From Amoebidium appalachense (taxonomy: Eukaryota; Protista; Ichthyosporea), in contig CAVNZM010000013.1 of the NCBI GenBank assembly GCA_963693365.1, positions 6,438,640 to 6,502,639 of the forward strand: DNA of 64,000 bases, in the 5' to 3' direction. Under the pieces are notes generated by a model. It searched no databases, was not told the origin of the DNA, and saw only the letters and a program-made list of their open reading frames with translations. Positions 12,906 through 34,418 of the stretch are shown here, in pieces. The translations under genes and the position numbers were made by a program. Positions within the stretch are counted from its first letter, which is position 1. Every line of letters begins with the position of its first letter.

Positions 12906-15900
12906 CCATCAGTCTTAAACTTGCCCAATCCCACCCCCACCCCCACCCCCTCCCCGGCCATTCCCTCACTTCATTTGCTCCCACCGCCCGTCCCCCCCTA
13001 CATCCCCTCCCCCCCTCCCCCTCCCCCCCCCCCCCCCCCCCCCGCCCCCACAATCACCAATTTTACAATATACCCCCCCCTCCCCCCCCCCCCCCCCCCC
13101 CCCCCCACACACCCCTTCATGGAATGTTGTAAGTCACAAATACGTGCCAACACACCAACACAGACCCTGCCACACTTTCAATCCATATTCTTGACACAAT
13201 CGTTTGGCCCGCTCATTCTCTTCCTTCCCCCCCCCCCCCCCCCCCCCCCCCCCCGTCCTCCCCTCCTCTCCCCTCCACACACACACACACACACACACAC
13301 TCCTTCCTTCCTTCGTCCCTCCCTTCCCCCTCGTCCCTAAACTACACACACACTTTCAAGCACATACACACACGCTCTTGTACCCCCCCCCCCCCCCCCC
13401 ATCCCCTCGCCGGCCCCCCCCCCCTCCCCCCTATGCACACACACTACCCCCCCCCCCCCTCCCCCTCCCCCCCCACACACACCTCCCCCCCCCCCCCCCC
13501 CCCCCCCCCCCCGGGGGTCACATCATAACTTCTTCCATCCACCCAAAAAACACGCACACACACACACACACCTGCCCTGCCACCAGCACCCAATCCTCAT
13601 CTCCTAACCCACATTCCAAACCCTCCCTCTTCTCCTGCACACACGTCCCTCTCTTCCCCCCAACCCCCCTCCCTCCCTCCCCTCTCCTACACATACACAC
13701 ACACACACACCTCTACCTCTCCCCCTCCCCCTTCCTCTTTCCCACCCCCCTCCCCACCTCCCCTTGCCCCCCCTCTCCCCCCCATCCTCCCCTCCCCCCC
13801 CCCCCCCCCCCCCCCCACACACACACACCCACCTCACATGGCTGGCTATCCTCACCGCCACGTGATTTGACAGTTGCCGCAACATCCTATTGGTCCAGTC
13901 ACCTACTGCATACACCCAACACTGTTAGTTGTTGCCGGGATAAAAAAGGGAGAAAAGCAAAAAAAAAAATGGCTACGCGTGGTTGTGTGCGCGCGCACTG
14001 GAGCGTGTGTCTGCTTGTATGTGCATTTATGTGCACGGGTGTGCGCGTGTGCATAAGTGCATGTACTGCTCAATGTATGTATTTATTTCCCATGTTCGTT
14101 ACAACTCCCGGTTGATTACTTATATTCACAACTAGATTCACACGCTCATGCACACTCGCACACACACACACACACACAGCTTGGGTTTACCCCCCATAAG
14201 TTCTCCCCGGCGGAAACCTTTAATGCTTCTCCTGGTTCCAGTCCCCTCCCCCCCCCCCGGCCTCCCCCCCCCCCCCCCCCTCCCCCCACCCCTAGAAAAG
14301 AAAACGTTCAATCTACTCTACTTGGCATCTTGCCCCCTCCCTCCCTCCTGGCAATCCCTCTCCCCCCTCCCTCCCCTTCCTGCCCCTCCCCCACCCCCTC
14401 ACCCCCACCTGCCTCCCCTTCCGGCCACCTCCCCGCCCCCTTCCTACCAACCCCCCCCCCCCCCCCCCCCCCCACACCCTCCCCCTTCCTGCCCCCCCAC
14501 CCCCCCCCCCCCCAGCTTTCTGCCCCCGCCCTACCCCCCTCCCCCCCCCCCCGTCGTGGCCCCCCCCTCCCCCCCCCCCCTCCCCCTCCCCCCATCCTGC
14601 CACCTTCCCGCCCGACCACCCCTATGCGTGCACGTCAATTCCTTCAGGGAAAGCAAACCTGGCTGTGGGGGGAGAATTGGGGTGGGAGGGAGGGGGGTTG
14701 ATAATTAACGTAGCGTACTACTCAACGTACCCTGTACATTCTACGGTCACACACACTCGCATCCACACGCCCACATACACGTGAGCGCGCGCGCGTGCGC
14801 GCGCGCGCGCGCGCGCACACACACACACACACACATGCACTTTCTTAACTAACGTGTGCGTGGGTGCGAACTAACGCACACATATACACCCACCACCCAC
14901 ATTCGCCAGCCAAGCTTCGTTAAATCCGAACCTGTCAATGTCCTCTCAGCTCCCTGCAACTCGACTATAGTCCCCCCCCCCACACACACACACTCTCTCT
15001 CTTCCTCCTCCTTGCACCCACCAAAACCAGGTGCACCAATGAGGGCCAGTTACCACCTTCCGGGAGCATAACGAATAAGCAGTAAACATCCTACCCCTTC
15101 TCCCCCCAACTTTTTTCGCCCCGCCCTCCCTCCCCCCCCTCACCCCTCCCTCCCCCACCCAACCTCAAACCCTTCTTCCTCGTTCCTTCCCCCTCCCACC
15201 ACCACTAAAGCGCTTCCTTTTCATCATCCGCACCCGCACAAGACGCATTCCCACGTTCAACCCATGTGTGTCACCCCTCTTTGAAAGTTACCTCATAAAG
15301 TAGTGGCAGTTCGACACCGTGTTCTCGTGCGCACGCAGAAGACTAACTCCGAACGGTTTTGCGATTATTGTACTGTCACGTGGCTTGTTGCCAACCGTTA
15401 TTTCAAGTGACACCCCTTCATCAACCCCTACATACAGCAAAACAAAGCCCAGAAATTTGCGTAACACACTAAGGCATTACGCTCCATTCGTGGCACTATT
15501 CTAATTAGGTGTTCGAACCACCACGTAGGCAAAGATGTTTTCCGGCTGGACGTCCACTGCACCTCTATGTACACACCGTGATGTAAAAATGACCGAAAAC
15601 GCTAACTGTTCGAAACATATGGTGAAATTAAAAAAGTATTCTCTTTGTAGTCAACTTAATGTTTTCTCTGGTAGCTAGTATGGTGTTTACTATCTTCCTT
15701 GTTGCATAACCACTTCTTCGTTTTTGCATGAGTGTGCTCGTGCGTGTTTCGAACTTTTCGCTGACGTGTGTGTGCACGTGTGTCCAAGCGCTGGCTTTGG
15801 ATGGATCACAGTGTTCTAACATCATATAGAAATTTCTAACCATATATAGTTATTGTTTAACTATTTGACTGGCGCAATTAATGCAATGTGAATGGTGGAG

Positions 15901-17248
15901 CAGAGATTTCGAAATTTTAGTGCCTCGTCTGTTGACTTCGAGCCCTACAAGTAGTAGGCTACTACCTACCTTTTAGTACCTTCATCCATATACCTTTTTG
16001 GACCTGAAGAAAACTTTACAATTAAAGAAGATTTATTGTTAGAAGCTTTCACCCGTCTATTTCAAGCTATCCAAATAGCAAAAAGCTCAAACTGTGTTCA
16101 TAGCGATCTGAGCCGGGATATCTACGCGGCCTACACACTAATTTGGAATACGTATGCGTAACCTTATATGGCGTATACCTGAAAAATTCGGATTATCTGA
16201 TTGGCCCCCCTTTCCGAAAGGGCTAGGGTAAGGGCTGCCCTCACCCCATCGGGGCCGGGGTGCAAATCTATATTCTCTAATGTGCTTATGTTTTACTCGT
16301 TTTTACTTCGAAAACCGATTTTGGTTCACCAATTAAAGTTGTCGGAAATGAAACAACGCGTAAAAATGATATATTGGTTCGGGGATGTCCGATGCTTCCT
16401 CAATGTCAAAATCGGCAAAACCCCGTCCCTCTAGGCCTCCGCTCGTCGCGGCCGCGGTCGATCGTCTATCACAAAATCTTGGTTTTTTCAATTTTTCACC
16501 ATAAAATAAGCGGCGGACACCCCATATTGCTTATACAATAAATGTGTGTCGCGTTATGTATAAAAATATTAATTAGTTGACCAAAACCTGTTCTCTATTC
16601 ATATTTTTAACTTTGATCACCTAAAGCGTCATTTGGTATATGAGTCGTCCTTCCCCCAGCCCTTCATTACGTCATCATTCCGATGTGAGCGAAGCAAAGC
16701 CATTGAAAATTTTACATAGGCAAGGCGAACTAGTGTACTGATCGTCAGAATTTTTCTGTAACCATGCCTAATGTCATAGACGATAATAACAAGCAGGTCA
16801 ATGCCAAATAATTCATTGAACAGTATGTAGATAGATATAGTTTCTTCGGTTTCTTCGGTGTGGCGTCAAGAGCAAAGCTGAGCAAATGCTCTTTTAACTA
16901 AAAATGATCACGATGACACACTTTTGCTCCTCATCCCGGTGAATGTGATTGCAACGTAGCCAATCGCTTCTTACCGTCATCATGACTTTTTTTTTTTTTT
17001 TTTTTTTTTGTTGCCCGTGGCGTAGTAGTGCCCGGCCACTTACGTAAGCCAGTGGGTACATATCCTTGGAGACTAGGTCTCAGTGGCCATGGAGTAAACA
17101 GCAGCTCTGAGTCTCATCTGCCTTAGGAACTTGAAACACACAAAAACAGTCAAAAATCCGAGCCGAGCAGCCGCCAGTACCAGACATCTTACAGCGCTCT
17201 CTTTTTTGTGCACCTTCTTTTTCTATTAATCATCTTCATTTACGCAAA

Positions 17249-17995
17249 ATAGCCCACGCAGCAGCACGGCAGCTTGTACTGCTGGTGGTGTGCATATGTG
17301 CACCTCCCTGTGTGCGGCCCAGGCCATCGATCGGCTGCGTGCAGAAGCACCAAATTGTCGGCGGGGACACGTGCTGGGCCATTGCGCAAAGGTAGTACGG
17401 CCTGTCCCGGCCCTCAGCAAGCTCTACACCATCAACGCAAACATCGGCCTAACGAGAGAAAATGCTGGAACCTGCAGATCGGAAGCTCTCTGTGTGTGCG
17501 TGTAGGCGATACTGAATCGTCTACATGTGCGGCACTATGATAGTGGCTCCACTGTCAGCGGTCTGCCCATCGCCCGCGGCATGCGGGCCACCATCACCAC
17601 CTTTGATGGCCAGGACGTGCAGTGTTTCAGCCGATCGCAGGCCGCAAACGTGGGCCTCTAGGTGACCATCAACTCATTGGTGCTCGGCATCACCAAGGCC
17701 GACTGGAAGATAAACTTTACGGTACGTCAACGCCCCTCCAAGCAACATCCCCTGGTGCGGTAAGACCATCGAGATCAACTTCAACGGCCGCACCACACAG
17801 GCCACTATTGTGGACACGTGCCAGCCGTGCCCATCCTGGGAGGGCTGTGGTGATGCCCCCGCATGTGACTACAATGACGTCATTAAATTCTGGGCCAACG
17901 GGCGGACCAACCACCTGGTGAACGGCGAGAGCCTCCTGTGCCGCTGGGCCGGTGATGACCTCTACCAGGGCAATGTCAACTGGCGCATTCTGTAA
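17249..17995 (+). pseudogene. Intronless pseudogene of a secreted LysM + RlpA-like double-psi beta-barrel (expansin/barwin-like) protein
   Basis: Hydrophobic leader, then LysM motifs GCVQKHQIVGGDTCWAIAQ and CWNLQIGSSLCV, then DPBB motif WCGKTIEINFNGRTTQATIVDTCQPC, ending QGNVNWRIL*. In-frame TAG at 17393 and 17659, several frameshifts, and no clear ATG. Confidence 0.8.
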
Positions 17996-18208
17996 ATGAG
18001 TACCATGGCATATTTCGGAGAAAATGGGGACGTGTTAAATGTGTAAGCTGGGCAAGCTTGGGGCCCCCGAGCGTGATCATGATATATGCCATGGCTGCAT
18101 ATCAATGATATCACATACATATCTAGCTCAGTTGTTGAACATTAATCACCGTGTAAGGTCATAGCAGGCATAAGCTTTCGGATAGGAACGCGATAGGCTT
18201 TTTTTTTT

Positions 18209-18249
<41 letters not shown>

Positions 18250-18635
18250 GGGTGCGGACGGAGGGGATACTAAATGCACAATGTTACCGTAGATGAATGA
18301 TTTAATGACAACCAGTTCCGGGCCGCTGTACACCATCAAGCTAACAGTATGGCCGTTTGGCACGGCACCACCAAAGTTTTTCGTTGTGCCGTACGGGTAG
18401 CCAAAGCCTACAATAACTCAGGCAGCGGGAAAGAACAGGACCTCCCAAAATAAATACAACACAAAAACGATATCAGCACCGCAAAATCTTAAAGACTCAT
18501 CACCGTGCCGCTTGCAACGGCTGAACTTTCATAAAATGTAATCTGCGCATGCGTGCTCTATAATCGTTGAGGCACTTGAAGTTACCGTTAACTTTAACCC
18601 CCCTGCCCCCCGCCCCCCCCCCCCCCCCCCCCCCA

Positions 18636-19033
<398 letters not shown>

Positions 19034-19202
19034 CGTACAGCCTCGAAACATCAATATGACGCGTGACAATTTAAGATGTACATATAGTATGCATGCATAT
19101 GCCGAGAGAGAGAGAGCTTCGGAGCATTCCGGGGAAAGAGAGGGAGAGGGAGGGAGAGGAAGGGGGGGGGGGGGGGAAGGGAGAGAGAGGAGGGGGAGGG
19201 GG

Positions 19203-19269
<67 letters not shown>

Positions 19270-19453
19270 GGGGGGGGGAGAGAGGGGGGGGGGGGGGGGG
19301 GGGGGGGGAGAGAGCGAGAGAGGGAGTGAGGGAGAGGGGGGGGGGGGGGGATATATATATATATATACTATATGATGCCATGATATGATATACATATGGC
19401 ATACAGTATATATAATAGTATCATATATATACTATAGTTGATATATCATATAG

Positions 19454-19489
<36 letters not shown>

Positions 19490-19582
19490 TCTGAGAGAGA
19501 GGAGAGAGCTCGAAGAACGGGGGGGTAAACCCACCACAGATATGCATCCGAGCATATATGTGCGTTCCCTGGAGGCCCCCAA

Positions 19583-19626
<44 letters not shown>

Positions 19627-20515
19627 GGGGAGGGGGGGGGGGGAGGGGGGCCACCAATATTGAATCATAAACTGATTTTTTTACCTCCTCTCCCCGGCCC
19701 CGGCCCTTCCCCCCTTCCCCGGCCCTCCCTTCCCCGCCCCCCCCCCCCCCCACCCGGCCCCCCAACCCCCCCAACCCCCCTCCTCCGCTTTCCCCCTCCC
19801 CCTTCCCCCCCCCCCCCCCCCCCCCCCCTCCCTCCGCACACACACACACACACACACCTCCCTTCCCCCTCAGAAGGCTTCATAGTACTTTGCAAAAAGT
19901 GTAACTGATTGTACCAATGTAAGCCATATCAACATACCTAGCATAGGAAGGAGCTCATCGAGGCACCAGGCTCTTAAATTTATTTATTTGTTTATTTATT
20001 TACCTTGTTTATTTATTTATTTACTTATTATTTTATAGCCGTGAATGTTCCCTTCATTTAGACACCAGCCAATTTAATCAAGCTGGTTAGCTTCTGGATG
20101 AGAGCCGGAATCAAAAAGAAAAAAAAGGTTGTGTGATGTGGCATTATGGTGTTGGTGTGCTTTTGCTGGCGAATAATTCCTGTGTAAGCCCGTCTGAAAT
20201 CTTATCCTTCTTCCGCTCTTCATGAAAGAAAGCTTCGAAAGTTAACGGGCCAACTTGTTGGAACTGCTATTAGGGCCTGTTTGGCAACGCGGAGTTCGCG
20301 GCCTAACTCCGGAGTAAGATCGATTTTGGAGTTAGGGCTGAACGCGAATTTCTGAAATCCGCGGATGCCAAACAGACGGCCCAATCTGGCCTGTGAACGC
20401 TGGAGTTCAAACCCCTCGGACATCGCTTGAACTCCAAATTCTAGAATCCACCTCCGGAGGTGGATTATGCGCGAAATTGTAAAAACGCAAAGATGATTAT
20501 GGATTGGCGGTGTTA

Positions 20516-21082
20516 GGGCCTGTTTGGCAACCCGGGTTTAGGGTCCTAAATCCGGATTACGGGCGATTTTGGGTTTAGCGCTAAATCCAAATCTCAAAAT
20601 CCAGCCGCTGCCAAACAGACGGCCAGATCCGGTCACGTAAATCTGGGTTTCAAACCCCTCGGACATGGCCGTAATCTGGATTCCACTAATCCACCTCGGG
20701 AGGTGGATTAGCGCGAAATCCTTTCAGGTCCTGAATGTCCGACCCAATGAATGTTCATTTTATGGAACTATATATGGTGTCCTTTTGCACCAATCGTCGA
20801 TAGTTTGAAGTGGCCAAAAAAGGATTGTTGAAAGGGCGCCAATTTCTTTCTTTTTTTTGTTACGGTGTGGGCGGGGGGATAGTGCAAGAAACATCTTTTA
20901 CGTGTAGAAGTGAGTATGATGTAGTGATCACCGTTTGAAATCATTGTTTTAGTGTTCGGCCTCGCCGCCTGGTGCAGCATTAGTAGGAATACAAAAGTAC
21001 TCAGAATGACCTTTGCAACATCATGTGCAGAAAGGTGTGTGTGTGTGCAGTTTTTTTCTTTTCTTTTACCTACTATCTTTCT

Positions 21083-21129
<47 letters not shown>

Positions 21130-22121
21130 GGGGACGGGACGGACACATGTCACTGCACGATTCAGTGCTCATTTACTATTCACCAGGCACCCTGTGCCCT
21201 GCTCGTGTAGTCAACCCACATAGCTGCAGCAATTTGATCTCTTCTGGCATCTGCCTCTGCCTCGTCTTCTTGTTGGTTTTGGTTGCCCCTGCCTAACACA
21301 GAGTTAAAAAACATCAAGGCCTTTACATCAAGCATACAGTCTTATAAATCATCCCCCTACCCACCCCCTCCTTTCCCCTGGTTCCCCACACACACCAACA
21401 ACGCTGCCGCCGCTCAGAGGCACACTCCATCCCAACTCGAGCAATATCAGTCACACCACAAAAACCACATCAAAAAAACGTGCAGACGCACACTCCAACC
21501 CATCTTGACCCGTTGCCCACCACAAAACCAGAGAACAAAATAAAAACAAAAATAACTGAAAAACTGGTAGAGGAAGAGAAACAAAACCAAATGCAACCAA
21601 AGACTTACCACGTGTAGGCAAGTTGTGCTGCTCTTCGTCTGAGTAGTGGCCATGCTCCTCCGCGTTGTGCTTTTTTATAAAGTTCATAAGTAGAAAGCAC
21701 ACAAGAATGATCTTCGAGAGCATCTTAGGACAGTAGTTGGTGGCTTTCTGGAGTATCTGAAAGCGGTTTTTCAGCATACCATAGAACCGCTCAATGACCA
21801 CCCGCGCCTTGGCATGCCTCAGGTTGAATAACTCCTTCGCATTCTGAGGACTAGAACACGACACATGAATAGACAACACCAGACACTTCAACATCAATAT
21901 GACAGTGTGTGTGTGCGCGTGGCTGTTTGTGTGTGTGCATGTTCGTTTAGTGTGTGCACGCGGGCATGACCCGTGCGGGCACACGCGGACGCATGTGTGT
22001 GTGCGTATTTGTACACGTGAGTCTGTGTAGGTGTTTGTGCATGCGCGCACGACCTTCAGGTTGGATGTGTAAACTATCTATCTCTCTTTTTCTCTCCCTA
22101 TCCACTCTCTCTGTGCATGTG

Positions 22122-22191
<70 letters not shown>

Positions 22192-23649
22192 TGTGTGTGT
22201 GCAGAACAAAAGGAAACAGGAAAAGCACACTTTTTTACAGATGTAGGGAGGGAGTGATGGGTCGAGGGGCCTTCTTTTTTTGGGGGAGGGGGGGGGAGGG
22301 GGGAGGGGGGGAGGGGGGGGGGGGGGGCTAAATACGCCATTGCTCCCGTCCCGTACTCCTTCAGATGATAGCGGACTCCTCTGTAGGGTGCCAAAATTTC
22401 GTTTGTGTTCGGGTAGGGTAAACTTTCCCCGTCGGCACACGTAAATTTTGTGGAGGGGGCTGCTCGAGGGCACAGTTCAACACTGTGCTGTCTGCACCAC
22501 ATCCCTCCCCACCGGGCAAACAATATGTGGAATATGCTTCCCAGTCGCATGCACCCAATACATTTTGTGCTGTGAAACCTTTCCTGCACCGATACCGATC
22601 AGCAGCCTCCGGTTTGACCTTGCACGGAACAAGAGTGCCATCAACTGCCCCGAGAACAATACGGAAGTAAGGCCAAAACTCAGGGTTTTCACGCACCCAA
22701 CTAGGCACCATATATGACTCATCGGGTTGAATCATGTATTCTTCCCCGAGAGCAGCAAGCGTGGCATCGATGCCTTCTCGAAAACGCCTGCAGCACACAA
22801 TGATGTCTGATTATTTTCCACATTCCTACATATAAGCTTCATTGAAAACAACAGCAAAACCTTGAGACAGTGCACGCGCACGTGCACCCTGGACAGTGGA
22901 ACACAACCCATTCGGAGCATTGTTGTTTAACAAGCACAGACAAATGCTGCAAACACACAGCCAATAACATAATTCAACAGGGCAGGAGTCATAGCACTAC
23001 ATACCGGCTCACGGTCTCGGTGCTGTGTTGGAAACGTTCGGCAACGTTCCTGACTGCAACACCCTGCCCAAGGGTATACAGCATCATGCAGGTAACTTCC
23101 TGAGCGTCCATGTTATCACTCTCTTCAATGAATGGAGCCAACTTCTCAATTAACTCCCTTGCAACATATGGACTCACGCGTAGGACATCGTTCACCCTTG
23201 TCTCGTGAGCTGTGCCAAGCAGTTCTTGCACATACTCTCTACCACTGAGCGGGGAAGTACGACAGGGCTCTTTGAGCTCTGGGCTATAGGTCAAGGCTGC
23301 AATCGCAGCCAAAACGGCTATGTTCCGGGCTGCATACATGGTGAGTGTCTCAAATAAAACCGTATACAACTCAGCACTTTCGTGGTTTATTACTGCTTAT
23401 CACTATGGTGTATATGTGTAGCGGGTCTGCAATTGCAAGTCACCGACCGGTGATGAACAGCGTGACAGCTGCAGAGCAAATCTAACCCGATATCGTACGT
23501 GGGCTGTTTGGCATCCATGGGTTATCTACCCGGCTTAACCCAGGTTTCGGCTGAGATCCGGATTCTGCAGCATAATCTGGATCTCGATTTTGATATCCAG
23601 ATATCCCCCGAAATCCAGATTACACTAACCCGCGTTGCCAAACAGGCCC
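20516..23649. mobile_element. PIF/Harbinger element (inner, carries transposase), nested in a related element
   Basis: TIRs GGGCCTGTTTGGCAAC at 20516 and GTTGCCAAACAGGCCC ending at 23649, flanked by TTA (left) and TAA (right). Contains a Harbinger DDE transposase. Confidence 0.9.
21180..23339 (-). pseudogene. PIF/Harbinger (HARBI1-like DDE_Tnp_4) transposase, 4 exons, frameshifted
   Basis: Exons 23339-23005, 22787-~22336, 21850-21609 and 21292-21180 (GT-AG). Motifs RFQHSTETVSR, GAVDGTLV, QNVLGACD, LAPYRGVRYHLKE, ELFNLRHAKARVVIERFYGMLKNRF and RDQIAAAMWVDY. A frameshift at ~22415 coincides with loss of the expected DxGY catalytic Asp. Confidence 0.9.
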
Positions 23650-25842
23650 TAATCGGTTTCTGGTGTCTCCTGCTCGTATGTGTAATATGTGTGGGGGGCG
23701 GTTTACTCGCGGCTGCATATCTATCAATAAGTGCAACCTGTTAGCTAACGTATTAGAACCGGAGGTTATTGGCGGTTTTATTCTCTTTTCTTCCTCTCTT
23801 CCTCAATATATCCGTTTTAAGATGACTATCCTAGATCACCTTATTAATGCTGCACAGTATGATATTGTGATCCGGTGCCTTAACTTTCTTTCGGAGCTAC
23901 CGATGCTAGCCTCTGCTTACCCGTAATATGTAATAGGGGTGTCATATACTACGATGGCGCTCATTGTTGCCTAGCATGTACATATGTCACTGGCTGCATT
24001 TGATTGGCTGCGCTGGAAAACGCAGTAGGCCGTCGAATGTGGACTGGCTGGGCCTCCGGCAGTGTCCACGCAATAAAAAGTGTGTAAACCCCCCCCCAAA
24101 AATGTTCAAATCCGTGTGAAGGTCTAAACCAATGAAAACACATGTCATGAGACCTTTTCACGTACCTCTCTCAGCCAATAGTCGGCAGTGCAATATAGCC
24201 AAAAAGGTTAAAGTGGAAAAGGCGCCAAACGGAAAGTCCGTTGTCACCGGCATGGCCAGCTTGCTGGTGAGCCTGCGACAGCCCGAGCGCAGGCTGCGAC
24301 ACAGCCACACACAGCCGGCCACGTGTGGTAGGTCGTATAAAAACAAGCCCCCCCTCAACTATTCTTCCTCTTCGCGGCCAACTTGTAGGCAGCTTTTTTT
24401 TACCATTAGACAATCTTTTGCACATCGGTCAAGATTGTCTGAACCGACAAGATGCCTGTTGGGGGAAGCAAAGAATGCAATTGCTGCAATTGCGGCCGAA
24501 AGGGCCATGTTTCGTGCTAAATACATAGTGGGTTTGCAACTGGAAACGTTGTTGTTGTTATATATGCAAATGGTATCATCACAGTGTATACAAATACATA
24601 CATACGGGACACTGCACAGTCACTAGTACTGAGTCCTAGGTACGATATACGGGCACTCCGATCAACGTAAAACTTGCGCAATGTGACTTGGTAAACTAAG
24701 CTGAAAAAAGTGTTGTCTGTTTGGCACGAGCGGTTATCTACGCCAGGTTTTGACCTAAATCCGGATTACAAGTCAGAATCTGGATACTGACAGACTGATT
24801 TGTAGTACCCGGCGTATACGGTCTACGCCGGAGTTCGTAACTCCGCATTGCCAACAGGCCCTTATGATTATAAATAAGTTTAAAGGGGCACAACATAGAG
24901 GCTAAGCTTAGCACAAAATAGCTCCTGATCGGCATAGGTAATACCCTCCCGCTCTCTTCCCCCCTCCCCTATCACTACCAACACGACATCTTCCAAGCAC
25001 ACTCCCGGCTCTCCAACCGACACACACACTCCATCACGGCTGCCACCACCGCCCAGCCCTTCTCCATGCCCAAGATCTCCTTTTCTGCATTAGTTTTTCT
25101 GCTCGTGGCTCAAAATAGCAGGAGGGAGGGCACAGAGCATGTTGTTTAGATCTGTGCTTGGGTCGTCCATGTCACTGATGCGCGAATGGAGCCCCGCATC
25201 AATCAATTCGTGCCCCTGGTATGACCACGATTCTTGAGCATGTCCAGGTTTTTGTGCATGCGGAAAGAAAGAGAAGTAAGGGGGGGGGAGGGGAAGGGGG
25301 CGCAGGGGGAGGGGAAGGAGGGGGGGCCTTACTCTGGACAGTAAATGGAGATCTTGCATGTGTCGAGGCCTACCAGGAAAGGAAGTGCGGTGGGAAAGGG
25401 GGGGAAGGGGGTTGCACATATCAAGAAAGAATTGCACCTGCACGCATGCACACACACATATACAGACAAGCAGGCACATACGCATGCATGATCAGGCGCG
25501 CGTGCACACACACACAAACAAACACAGACAGAGAGTGTGGTTTGGGAGGGGGGGGGAGGGGGAGTGTGTGTATGTGTGTGAAGAGAGTGAATGAGACAGA
25601 GAACCTGTGTGTATGTTTACCGGTATATGGTACAGCGACAGACACAACCGTACTAATCGAGGCTATTCCCCCCCCCCCCCTCCCCCTCCCGCCCCCTTCC
25701 CCCCTCCCCCTCCTCCCTGCCTCCCTCTTCTTCGCTCCTCCCCCCCCCCCCCCCCCCCCCCCCTCCCACCTCCAGATCTCCAGCGCTCATCCAATCTGGT
25801 CGTTTACCACACCGGCACCAGTAAACCGAAATAACCGCTGGT

Positions 25843-33113
<7,271 letters not shown>

Positions 33114-33121
33114 TTTAGCAG

Positions 33122-33157
<36 letters not shown>

Positions 33158-33158
33158 C

Positions 33159-33330
33159 GGTTTCGGTTTGCATTCGAGGTGAGTGGACCGAACTAGTGTA
33201 CCATGAATGACTTGGCCTCCCCCTGAGGATAGGCTTTATTTGAACACATTATTTGTGTTGTGAATGCTTTGGAAAAGTTTCCGTTGTTTTGTCTGTTGCA
33301 AATGTGTAGTTAGTGCTCTGTAACACATTC
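33159..33330 (+). mobile_element. SINE-like element copy just 3' of the HDAC stop codon
   Basis: GGTTTCG...TTCGAGGTGA...ATGACTTGGCC.CCCCCTGAGGAT...CACATTC, between C tracts. Confidence 0.65.
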
Positions 33331-33339
33331 CAGGGTAAG

Positions 33340-33386
<47 letters not shown>

Positions 33387-34158
33387 CCTGCCCCCGACTA
33401 AGGGCATCGACCCATCCTCAATACCCCTTGTTTTTTGGTTTTCGTTACATTTCGATTTTCTCAGCCAACAACGTGCAAAGTCTCGATGATAATTGGCCGC
33501 TTTTAAGCTGTTTTTTTTAGGTAGAAACGTGTGTAGTACATTGGTGTTTTAATGTAGGTATATTAGTATTCTGCCCGGCTATAGGCAGAGCCATGTGGAG
33601 GACAGGGTAGCCTCTGTGAGGCGACGTGGAATAAGATATTTAAGTCACATCATGAAATTCAAAAATAAAGAAACTTTTGATAAGAGGGGGATCGATCTCT
33701 GTACATCATGAATTGGTTGTGTTCGTTGTGACAGGTCTTGCCCCTGCACAGAACCGAACGTGGGAAGCACAATCAAAAAAAAAAAAAGGCACGACGCGCC
33801 TGCATCTGCATATGGGCACCACTCACGACAGAATTCTCAGCTCATATAGATAACCCTATTTGCAAACATTTACACGCACCAGCATGATGGCAGGTGTCAC
33901 CCAATCAATATTAGGCAAAAGTTTGCTTGCCTTTTTTGGCAGGTGGCTAACCATAAATGGTTAGTTTTGTCAGCTTGCTGGCAAACTTTATTGGCTGCAG
34001 CGCTGCCTGCAGGTCCTCAGGACAAATATTTCTACAAAACAATATGGTACATATTATAAAAGCTTTCAGGACTGACAAGTTTATGACCAAAGAAGCGCTT
34101 TTGAGGGGTAATAACATTGCTACAAACTCGGCCAGTCCAAAAAACCATTGTGCTCACG

Positions 34159-34191
<33 letters not shown>

Positions 34192-34376
34192 AGGGCAAAA
34201 ATAATCACCCAGTCTAGCCATACTTACAACAGGCCGCACCGCCGTGACAAGGGTGTCTAGACTGTGTTTATTGTAGAGTGGCAACGGCAGAGCCATAGCC
34301 GGCCGTCCGCTAGCTCGGGGGTGGGGGGTGGGTGTGCGTGACTGTGCGTGGGTGGGTGGGGGTTGTTGTTGTTGTT

Positions 34377-34418
<42 letters not shown>

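Larger units (their letters stand above)
20273..24861. mobile_element. PIF/Harbinger element (outer, apparently non-autonomous)
   Basis: Left TIR GGGCCTGTTTGGCAACGCGGAGTT at 20273. Right TIR AACTCCGCATTGCC-AACAGGCCC ends at 24861. Identical TTA flanks at 20270-20272 and 24862-24864 match the Harbinger TWA TSD. Confidence 0.85.

Noticed and set aside
16203-16256. Helitron 3' end (hairpin CCCTTT-CCG-AAAGGG followed by CTAG)
   Set aside because: The hairpin abuts CTAG without the usual spacer, the next base is G rather than T, and no matching 5' end or second copy was found.
24132-24626. 164-aa ORF inside the outer Harbinger as the Myb-like ORF1
   Set aside because: No Trp-spaced SANT/Myb pattern and no other recognisable motif.
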